From an uncultured Smithella sp. (GTDB lineage Bacteria > Desulfobacterota > Syntrophia > Syntrophales > Smithellaceae), in contig CAYGNV010000003.1 in NCBI GenBank assembly GCA_964351355.1, positions 1 through 34,461 on the forward strand: 34,461 bases of DNA, in the 5' to 3' direction. Every line of letters starts with the position of its first letter. Within the stretch, counting starts at the first letter, position 1. The translations under genes were made by a program, and so were the position numbers. Below the pieces are notes generated by a model, which searched no databases, was not told the DNA's origin, and saw only the letters and a program-made list of their open reading frames with translations. Of this stretch, positions 9,149-17,600 are shown in pieces.

Positions 9149-10135
9149 TTATATTTTATTCTTCAATTTACCCGCAATATTCTGCCGCTCCAAAAGTGCC
9201 TGGCGAATATCCATTTCTGTGACAGACTCACGATCCTGTATGAGTGCTTCTTTAAGTACTTCCTCGGCAACTCTGGCTATTTCCGCGTAGCTCAGGCCTG
9301 ATGCCGATTCAGATAATCGCTTCCAAGAGATACCTTTGACTGAATATTGGTGTAAGCGTGAACGTAACAATGTAGCTATTTGAACATTAGCCGGCAAAGT
9401 ATAATTGAGAACGTCATCAAATCGACGAAATAAAGCATGATCGAGAATGTCCGCATGATTGGTTGCGGCAATTATCAAGCTGTGTGACTGATCTTGTTCA
9501 ATCATTTGCAAGAAACTGTTGAGCACACGACGAATCTCTCCCACATCATTAGTCAGGCCACGCTGTGAACCAATCGCATCGAATTCATCGAAAAAGTAAA
9601 TGCCACGTGTTTGTCCTGTTGCATCAAAAATCTGGCGCAATTTGGCTGCGGTTTCACCCATGAACTTAGTGATTAATCCATCTAATCGTACTTGAAATAA
9701 GGGAATGCCCAGTTCACCGGCAAGCACTGAGGCAGTAAGAGTCTTCCCTGTGCCAGGAGGTCCCATTAGCAGAAGTTTGCGACGAGGTGAAAGGCCATGT
9801 GCCAATATACGGGTAGCGTGCTTTTGCTCTCTGATAATACGTTGAATCTGTTGCTCCAATGACGCATCCAGCACCATATCGTTTAAGCGTGACTTGGGAT
9901 ATGAAACAGACAACAAATTGGCTAATTCACCACGCGGACGACTGATTGGTGTTGGTTGTCCGACCCCTTGACGTCGTTTGGCATCGTCGATCAGAAAGCG
10001 CAATTCTTCGGCTAATTTCCCATGTCCCAACTTGGCTTCCTGTGCAGCGACTTGCATGGCAACCGAAAAGAATCTTTGATCATCGCCCTCTATGTGCGAT
10101 TTAAGCATTGCTTTTAACTGATCAGCACTTGCCAT
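9149..10135 (-). CDS. AAA+ ATPase (classic AAA clade), IetA-like
   Basis: 328 aa. Motifs: Walker A GPPGTGKT, Walker B IYFFDEFD, sensor-1 IIAATN and Arg-finger region FRRFD. RBS AAGGAGG is upstream. The gene lies 27 nt after the mod stop. Confidence 0.85.
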   Translation of the reverse strand: MASADQLKAMLKSHIEGDDQRFFSVAMQVAAQEAKLGHGKLAEELRFLIDDAKRRQGVGQPTPISRPRGELANLLSVSYPKSRLNDMVLDASLEQQIQRIIREQKHATRILAHGLSPRRKLLLMGPPGTGKTLTASVLAGELGIPLFQVRLDGLITKFMGETAAKLRQIFDATGQTRGIYFFDEFDAIGSQRGLTNDVGEIRRVLNSFLQMIEQDQSHSLIIAATNHADILDHALFRRFDDVLNYTLPANVQIATLLRSRLHQYSVKGISWKRLSESASGLSYAEIARVAEEVLKEALIQDRESVTEMDIRQALLERQNIAGKLKNKI

Positions 10136-10162
10136 AACTATACCTCCTTGTTTGTTGCCCTA

Positions 10163-13100
10163 TTATACCCTAAACACCTTCATGACTTCATCACCTAAAT
10201 GATTGATGACTTTTACGGCGATGCGGCCGGATTTGGGTTTGTCGAAGGGTCGGGAAATGTCGCTGTTTAATGTTGCCCAGGCTTCTTCGTTGACCTCAGC
10301 CTTCAAGGTGGTCTTCAATGCTTTGTACGGGTCGTTTGCGCCCAGGAAATAGGCTTGGCGGACGAAGAAGCTTTCTTCGTTGTAGTCCGTGTCGATAAAC
10401 CAGCAGGCAATGCCATCGGCCCCGTCGCTGCGGACTTCGCCGGTGTTGGGGTGGAAGACATCAACGCCGTTAATTTTTACTTGAACCTGCCCACTCTCAG
10501 CATCCAGAACATCAATATCCGGTTCGCCGAAGATGATAAACAGGTTGCCTTTGCCGGTGTTCTTCAGATCGTCGGCCATATGCAGGTCGGCATTCATGCG
10601 GGCTTTGAGGACGGGGATGCGGCCCAGTTTGTTGAACTCCGAGGAATGGGCGTCGTAATTAAAGGCGCAGGTGATAAGCACGTCAAAGTCGGCATCGCCT
10701 GCCTCGCGGGCGGCGGCAACCAGATCGGGGCGGGAGACGGTTCCGAATTCAGGGCCGATGAAGATTGCGGCGCGTTTCTCGACGCCTGCCCCCGCAGCTT
10801 CACCCTCACCCTTACCCTCTCCCATCGAGGGAGAGGGAATCTTTTTTGAACCTTCCAGGTAGCGGCCTTCGGCGCAGATATAGTGTCCTGGCCACGGGGT
10901 TAATGATGTGAAGTTGATTTTATCATCCTTGTGAGCTTGCTGGACACCGGCAATTTTGAGGTTTTCCAAAATGATCTGCGTGAAGTCGCGCACCGCGCCA
11001 TAGTCGGCTAACGCTGAATCCGCGATGCCGTCGATTAATTCATCATTTTCATCAACTGTCAGAACGCGGTGAGGCAAAAGGCTCTCCACGGTGAATGGCC
11101 CGGCGACGCGGACTTTCTTTTTGTCGTCGTAAGGCTTGTCATAAAGATATTCAACGTCCGCCTTGGCGGCAATGGAGGCGTCGATTTCCTTTTGACGCTC
11201 GATGCGATATTGCCACCACTGGGCATGCAATGCTTCTGCTTCTTTCGTCACCCCGGCGAACGCCGGGGTCCAGTTGTCTTTTTCAGTTTTCTGGTTACCG
11301 GCACTCGTGCCATTCAGGGTATTCGCCGGTATGACGTCTGAGAAAGAGCGGGGGATTTCCCATTCTTCCCATGCCCTTTTTTCTCCCTCTCCCCTCGTGG
11401 GACGCGTGCCCTCCAGGGTAGAGGGTTGGGGTGAGGGGGCAACGCGCCCCAGAGCCTGATTTAGCTGTTTGCGGATGGGTTCCATCTTTTCCTGCCACTT
11501 TTCCCAGATGACATCGATCTCCGCATTGTTGGCAATGGACTTCAGTGTAATATGTGGCACGCGCTCATAGATAAAACCCTGACGGATGTCGCCGCGTATG
11601 GGCGCTGTTGATGGCTCTTTGCGGCTTATTTCGGCTTCCTTGATTTGACCGTCACGGCTATCGGCTAATAGATAATAAGGATAGCGTGCGCCCATGATGC
11701 GAGCACGGGCCAGGGCAAGCGCCACGCGGGACGTGTCGATGGTGATCCAGCGGCGTCCCCATTGCTCGGAAACGTATGTGGTCGTGCCTGAGCCACAGGT
11801 AGGATCGAGGACAAGATCGCCGGGGTCAGTGGACATTAGAATGCAGCGTTCAACTAGTTTCGGTGACGTCTGCACAACGTATGTGCGATCAGACAAAAAA
11901 CTATGTACGCAGTCCTGCCAGATGTTGTTTACAGGTCTTGCCGCAAAATCCTGGATGAAAGATTGAAACCACAAGTTATTGCCCTGTTTGACGACACGCC
12001 CAGCGTTAATGACCCGACGCATTCCTTCTTCACTAGTACGCCAGACTCGTCGGCCCGGACGATGTTCCATGCCCGCGAAGGCAATGGGATAACGTGTTGT
12101 ATCAACGCCTGAGGCGGAAGTAAGGTCTTGCAGGGACATGACACGACCACCTTTTTTTAAAAGCTCCGCAATATCATCGTCTGACGTGATTCGCCTTCTC
12201 GTCCCTTCTTGAAAGATCCAAACATATTGAGATGCACCATCTTCTCCGAATTCTTTAGGAAGATAAGGTTGGCGATACTTAAGTTTCTCAACATCTTTTG
12301 CGAACCAAAGAACAACGTCATAGACACTGGCTACCGAACTGGTATGCCCCGAAATACTGCTTGCCCCCGTAGTCTTCTGGAAAATAATGTCTGACACATG
12401 ATTTCTGTCCCCAAACACTTCATCCATCAACGCCCTTACGCGGTGGACGTTCTCATCCCCAATCTGGACAAAGATCGAACCACTTTCCGTCAATAAATCC
12501 CGTGCCACGGTCAGGCGGTCGCGCAGATACGTCAGATAGGAATGAATTCCATCGCGCCAGGTATCACGGAAAGCTTTGACCTGCTCCGGCTCGCGGGTGA
12601 TGTGGTCAGTGTTCCCATCTTTAACATCGCGGCTGGTGGTGGACCACTGGAAGTTGGAGTTGAACTTGATGCCGTAAGGCGGGTCGAAATAAATGCACTG
12701 CACCTTGCCGCGCAGACCTTCGCGCTCGGTCAGGCTGGCCATGACTTGGAGGCTGTCGCCCAGGATCATGCGGTTGGTCCAGTTGGCGTCGTGCTGGTAG
12801 AACTCGGTTTTGGCGGCTTCGGTCGGGATGCCGTTAAAATCGGCAAAAAGATCGTTTTGATAACCGGCCGTTTGCGAATTACTACTGGCCGTTTGTCGCA
12901 GCAGGTCGTCAATCAGCACTTTCGGATGGACTTTTTCCTGAATATAAATAGGCGGCGCGTTCACCACCAGGTCAGACCAGTCCTGCTCATCCTTACCGCG
13001 CCAGACCAGTTGCGGATCGAGATCGCGGTTGCGGTTTGCTTTTTCTTCTTCGTGCCCGGCAGCGCCACGCGGCAGGGTTACGGACAGTGTGTCTTGCGCT

Positions 13101-13207
13101 TCCTTTTGCAGCACGGATTGAAACTCGGCGGTGGGAATGTTTTTTCGCTTGGCTTCATCGTGCGTTAGCGTTTCGATTGTTTTATTATTTGTCTTTTTTT
13201 GTTTCAC
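10163..13207 (-). CDS. mod: Type III restriction-modification DNA methyltransferase (Mod), beta-class amino-methyltransferase
   Basis: 1014-aa ORF with a GTG start. Motif IV IYFDPPYG (aa 172-179) precedes motif I VLDPTCGSGTT. That order is typical of Type III Mod. The N-terminal NRDLDPQLVWRGKDEQDWSDLVV block is as in Mod proteins that partner with this Res family. The gene contains two inserted palindromic elements, listed as separate features. Confidence 0.85.
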   Translation of the reverse strand: MKQKKTNNKTIETLTHDEAKRKNIPTAEFQSVLQKEAQDTLSVTLPRGAAGHEEEKANRNRDLDPQLVWRGKDEQDWSDLVVNAPPIYIQEKVHPKVLIDDLLRQTASSNSQTAGYQNDLFADFNGIPTEAAKTEFYQHDANWTNRMILGDSLQVMASLTEREGLRGKVQCIYFDPPYGIKFNSNFQWSTTSRDVKDGNTDHITREPEQVKAFRDTWRDGIHSYLTYLRDRLTVARDLLTESGSIFVQIGDENVHRVRALMDEVFGDRNHVSDIIFQKTTGASSISGHTSSVASVYDVVLWFAKDVEKLKYRQPYLPKEFGEDGASQYVWIFQEGTRRRITSDDDIAELLKKGGRVMSLQDLTSASGVDTTRYPIAFAGMEHRPGRRVWRTSEEGMRRVINAGRVVKQGNNLWFQSFIQDFAARPVNNIWQDCVHSFLSDRTYVVQTSPKLVERCILMSTDPGDLVLDPTCGSGTTTYVSEQWGRRWITIDTSRVALALARARIMGARYPYYLLADSRDGQIKEAEISRKEPSTAPIRGDIRQGFIYERVPHITLKSIANNAEIDVIWEKWQEKMEPIRKQLNQALGRVAPSPQPSTLEGTRPTRGEGEKRAWEEWEIPRSFSDVIPANTLNGTSAGNQKTEKDNWTPAFAGVTKEAEALHAQWWQYRIERQKEIDASIAAKADVEYLYDKPYDDKKKVRVAGPFTVESLLPHRVLTVDENDELIDGIADSALADYGAVRDFTQIILENLKIAGVQQAHKDDKINFTSLTPWPGHYICAEGRYLEGSKKIPSPSMGEGKGEGEAAGAGVEKRAAIFIGPEFGTVSRPDLVAAAREAGDADFDVLITCAFNYDAHSSEFNKLGRIPVLKARMNADLHMADDLKNTGKGNLFIIFGEPDIDVLDAESGQVQVKINGVDVFHPNTGEVRSDGADGIACWFIDTDYNEESFFVRQAYFLGANDPYKALKTTLKAEVNEEAWATLNSDISRPFDKPKSGRIAVKVINHLGDEVMKVFRV
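10803..10837 (+). repeat. GC-rich palindromic element, copy 1, in-frame inside mod
   Basis: The plus strand reads CCCTCACCC-TTA-CCCTCTCCC-ATCGA-GGGAGAGGG, a perfect 9-bp stem with a 5-nt loop. In the mod frame it encodes ...PSPSMGEGKGEGE... Confidence 0.75.
11385..11437 (-). repeat. GC-rich palindromic element, copy 2, in-frame inside mod and inverted relative to copy 1
   Basis: The minus strand reads CCCTCACCC-CAA-CCCTCTACCC-(21 nt containing ACGCGT)-GGGGAGAGGG. It has the same module order as copy 1 but lies on the other strand. In the mod frame it encodes ...PSPQPSTLEGTRPTRGEGE... Confidence 0.75.
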
Positions 13208-13256
13208 GTTCCAACCCTTTCATCCTTACGCTTCACCATCCACCATCTACTATTCA

Positions 13257-14612
13257 CTATTCAATCACTTCCCAATGTCCGCCTTTGGCCGGGCCGACGC
13301 GCCGCAAACAGCCGATTCTTTGAAGCGTTTGAATATTACGCTCAATGGTCCGCTCTGTCACCTCAATGAGCGCTGATAATTCCGGAATCGTGATTCGCTG
13401 ATTCCGGCGGATTTCATCCAATATTTTCCCCGACGTTTTCCCCGACGTTTTCCCCGACATTTTCCCCGGCGTTTTCTCCGAAATCACACCAACTTTATCA
13501 GTGATGCCCTTTTGCAATCCTTTCCTCCGGAATCGCGCCACAAACAGCATTGAGCCTACCTCTTCGAACTCCGTCGCCGGCTCCTTCGCTAAAATCAGCT
13601 TGATGCCGCGGCCCCATTTCTCAATCAGATGCCGGCGCTGGAAGAGATCCGCCAGAAGTTCATTGCGCCGCATCGAAACCATCTTTTCCCGGATATCGGA
13701 AATGGTCAGTCCGCCATAAAGCAGGCCGGGGTTGCGAATTTCCAGACGATCCTTAAAGACAGCAATGTTAACCGAATCGTATTCGCGGTAATCCCGATGA
13801 CAAAAAGCATTGATGATGGCCTCGCGAAAGGCTTCCCGGTCAATCTCGGGAACATCCACACGCAACAGACCTTCCACACGCATACCGATATTGATATGCT
13901 CCAGAATATACTCTTCGGCCTTCTCGATGAGCGTAAAGACATCGCCCGTGATGTCTTTCATGTCCAGCGTAACGGTTGTGTCTGCTGTTCCAAACGTGGC
14001 GCAACGCAATTTGGCATTGGCAAAGAATTTCTCGGGGCTTTTGCCAAAACAGATAACGGCCGCGTTTCGTATCTTATGTTTCTTGATCAGGTTGAGTTTG
14101 TCGAGGGCGTTTTGAAGAGTATCGTATTTGAGCCCGCAGGATTTCAGAAACCGTTTCAGTTTAGCGCTGCTGATATCATCCGGTGTTGCCTGGGGGCAGA
14201 TTTCCGTATCCCAGCGCAGGCGGTCACGGTTTTTTTCCAGGATGAAATTTTCCAGTTCCTTGGCGCTTAACTGCCGGTCCTCATCACCCACCCGGCTGTA
14301 AGCCCGTCCATAGGCGTAATAAGGCGTTTCTTTACCTTCCACCTGCACCCGGATGCAAGGCTTGCCATCCATTGTCACTTTTTCAACGGAAGGATAAATC
14401 TTGGGTTCGATATGATCGCCGATTGTCCGGGAGACTTCCCTCAAACTGGCCTCGGAGATATTCTGACCAACGGCGGTTCCATCATTCTTGATCCCAAACC
14501 ACAACTCGCCGCGCTGATGCTTATTGAGCATGGCTGACAGAGAAACAATGCCCGCCTTCAATTCACTGGTGGATTTCTTCAGTTCTAAAGTTTCCGATTC
14601 AATCAATTGCAT
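13257..14612 (-). CDS. AlbA_2/Schlafen-like domain plus HATPase_c_4-like domain plus C-terminal winged-HTH protein (putative ATP-binding regulator/sensor)
   Basis: The track ORF extends to a TTG at 14693, overlapping the res stop. I prefer the ATG at 14612 (MQLIESETLELKKS...). N-terminus: ESETLELKKS...GELWFGIKNDGTAVG (AlbA_2-like). Middle: INAFCHRDYREYDSVNIAVFKDRLEIRNPG. C-terminus: RITIPELSALIEVTERTIERNIQTLQRIGCLRRVG (wHTH). Confidence 0.75.
   Translation of the reverse strand: MQLIESETLELKKSTSELKAGIVSLSAMLNKHQRGELWFGIKNDGTAVGQNISEASLREVSRTIGDHIEPKIYPSVEKVTMDGKPCIRVQVEGKETPYYAYGRAYSRVGDEDRQLSAKELENFILEKNRDRLRWDTEICPQATPDDISSAKLKRFLKSCGLKYDTLQNALDKLNLIKKHKIRNAAVICFGKSPEKFFANAKLRCATFGTADTTVTLDMKDITGDVFTLIEKAEEYILEHINIGMRVEGLLRVDVPEIDREAFREAIINAFCHRDYREYDSVNIAVFKDRLEIRNPGLLYGGLTISDIREKMVSMRRNELLADLFQRRHLIEKWGRGIKLILAKEPATEFEEVGSMLFVARFRRKGLQKGITDKVGVISEKTPGKMSGKTSGKTSGKILDEIRRNQRITIPELSALIEVTERTIERNIQTLQRIGCLRRVGPAKGGHWEVIE
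13424..13483 (-). repeat. 12-bp tandem repeat (TTTTCCCCGACG x5, the last two copies degenerate) inside the AlbA_2 gene
   Basis: Units lie at 13424, 13436, 13448, 13460 and 13472. On the coding strand they encode the linker ...KTPGKMSGKTSGKTSGK... between the HATPase-like domain and the wHTH. Confidence 0.85.
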
Positions 14613-14673
14613 TTCTTCCCTTTTATGGGTTCCCGCCAAAAGCCTGCGGGAAGGTATATGATTTTTCCCTTCT

Positions 14674-17600
14674 TCATCTGATAGCCTTCTCAATCATCTT
14701 GTTGAACTCTTCTTCTACCTTGGCTTTAAAATCAGATTCAATTTGATAGACTTCCGTCAATTCGGCAAAGGCCCAGCGGCCATATTGCCCGTTGTTGTTG
14801 ACGCCGGGAATCCAGTAGTTTTCCATGGTCGATTTCTTTTCCTTGGCGTCCTCGCGGCGATAGCCTTTGATTTCCACGATCTGGTTCAGAAGGTCTTTCT
14901 CGCCGTGGCCATCATCCACCCGAACGATAAAGTCGGGAAGATAGAGGCGCTTTTGCGAACCGAAATTATAAGGCACTTCCAATCCAAGGCTGTGATTTTT
15001 GACATAGGATTTTACCTGCGGATGCGATTCCGCCACGCGGCAGAATTCGGCCTCCCAGTCGCTGTCCAGAATCACCCAGTTGACTTGACAGCGCCGTGCA
15101 TCCGTTTCCCAGCGGTCGGTTCTGGAGGTGTTGAAGTTTACATGCATGGTGGAGCCGGTCGGGTTATAGCTATCCAGCACGGCGACAATGGGGTTCTTTC
15201 CTTCCAGTGAACGGGTGATGCCATCCGTGATACGATTGCAAGCCATATCGGCAAGGTCCTGATACATGAGCTGGGCGGGATAGGCGCCGCCTTTGCAAAT
15301 CAGACAATGGTCAAGCCAATCCTTGGTAATACGTTTCAACTGACCGAATAAATGATACTTGGGATCTTCACCCGTGTCGCGCCATTTGCTCTCCAGCAGT
15401 CGTTTGGTGAGATGAAACAAAAGCGTGGAGCGGCGAAGATCACCGGTATGGACAAGGGTTAAGTCAACCATCTCGCCAATGATGCCTTGATTTCTGGTAT
15501 TGGTCGGCCCGACAAGATCGGGCGTCAAATCCAGAACCGAATCAGCGTTAAATTCGGCGGTCAGCTTTTCCTGCGGCAGATCGACGCGATAGCCCGCCAC
15601 GCGGGGAAAGCGGATTTCCAGATGATCGCGCTCCGGACGCACAGCCTTGACCCGGATGGTTTCGCGGGGCGGTTGCGGCGGAGCGATGACCGGTTTGGCG
15701 GTAAAGTCAAACGGTATGCCCAGCACGTCGGCATATTCGACATTGAACAGGCCATCATCATTAAGATCATACGATTGTCGGCGCAGGGCGCGGCCAATGA
15801 CCTGTTCACATAAAAGCTGGGTGCCGAAAGCGCGGACACCCAAAACATGCGTGACCGTATTGGCGTCCCAACCTTCCGTGAGCATGGATACGGATACGAC
15901 ACAGCGGATGGACTCGCCAAGTCTATCTTTCTTGCCGACGGTGTTCATGACTTCCCGAAGCAAATCCTGATCGGTGAGGTTCTCTGCCTGGCTGCGGTCT
16001 CCGGTGCGTTCAATGATTTCCCGACGAAAGCGTTCGATTTCCAAGCTTGCCATCGCGCGGAAATTATCGTCAAGGGCATCGCCGGATTCCAGTTGTTCAC
16101 TGTCGATCAGCAATGTGCGCGGTCTGGCCAGAGGATTGCCGTATTCATCAAAGTTTGAAAACAAGGCAAATTTACCTAAAAACGGCGGCGGTGCAACACC
16201 ATCAGCACGAACGGGATGTTCAAAGCCGGACATGTAATCGTAAACCAGCTTGGAGGTGGATGTATTGTTGCAGACGACAATAAAGCAGGGCGGCAATTTC
16301 ATGCCGTTTTCCTGCCACAGGTTGTATGTCTTTTCATAATGGCCATAGAGCGCTTCCAATGCGGTCTGAAGCCGGGTGGGAAGTTTAAGAGGATCAAGCG
16401 CCGCGCTTTTGCCCCGGCCTTTCTTCGGCATATCCTTGCGGATATGCTCCCAGAGGTTGCGAAACATCGGCATTTCCATACCGGGGATATTGTCCGCAAC
16501 TGGAACACGCGGCAATTTGACGATGCCGCATTCAATGGCGTCCATTAAAGAAAAGTCGCACATTGTCCATGGAAACAGGGTGCCTTCGGCATAACCGGAA
16601 CCCCGCAAGAAAAAAGGCGTGGCGGATAAATCGATGACTTGTGTCAGGCCAATTTTGCGGTTGATCATTTCAAGACCGGTTATCCAGAGTCGCGCCGCTT
16701 CATTATTCTTTTCTGCTTCTTTTCGATCATCGCCTTTGAGCTCTTCTTCATCATCCTGTTCGGGTTTTTCCCGGTAGCAATGGTGCGCTTCGTCGTTCAT
16801 TGCCAGAATGTTTTTCATGCCCATCAGTTCCGGCATGACGCGCTGAATCATCTGCCCTTCGGTTTCGAGCGTTTTGAGTTCTTCACCGCCTCTGCCCTGA
16901 AGCAGCGATCGCCCGCCCCTGGACAGCTCCATGCGGTCACGCAATTTGAAGGCGTGATAATTGGTGACAACAATCTTGGCCCGCTCCAGATCGCGCATCA
17001 TATCGCCGGGCACAAGCTCGCGGCTCCGATAGTAGCTGTCCGGATCGTTGGGTTGGAGAACACGCAGCCGGTCTTTGATGGTTATGCCGGGGGTAACGAC
17101 CAGAAAACCACGTGTAAATTTTTTGCTGTTGGGACGGCGCACGGCATTAACGGTCTGCCAGATGATCAGCATGGCCATAACCGTGGTCTTGCCTGTTCCG
17201 GTGGCAAGTTTGAGCGCCAGACGCATCAGGTTGGGATTGGCGTCATTATTGGCATTGGCCAGATGTTCAAGAAAAGCTTTTCCTGCTTTTTCACCGGGAG
17301 CAACCTCGGTCAGCCAGATGGCCGTCTCCACGGCTTCGATCTGACAATAGAAAGGGCGGAGAGTGTTAAACTGGTGATGTCGCCAATGCTTAAGCAATCG
17401 GGCGGTTTCCGGCGTTACTTTCCAGTCATTGGGATTAGAAAAACTGCGCCACTTGTCCACGTGATAACGCAGGTCATTAATGACGGGTGTGGGATCGTAC
17501 CGTTGTTTCTGCGTGGATAAGCCTTTTCCCTCGTCAAATACTATGTTTGACTGGACTGTTGCTGTTTTACGTTTTTTGGGCTTGGGAATCGGCGTAATAA

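Noticed and set aside
13194-13200. T7 (A7 on the coding strand) homopolymer in codons 3-5 of mod, as a possible phase-variation tract
   Set aside because: Seven residues is shorter than the tracts usually associated with phase-variable Type III mod genes. It simply encodes Lys-Lys. I have no evidence for variability.
10355-17520. Plus-strand ORFs inside mod and res (for example 10355..10849, 12542..13168, 13629..14270, 14743..15210, 16639..17520)
   Set aside because: All lie antisense to strongly supported minus-strand genes. They have no motifs and show typical GC-rich shadow composition (Arg/Gly/Ala/Val-rich).
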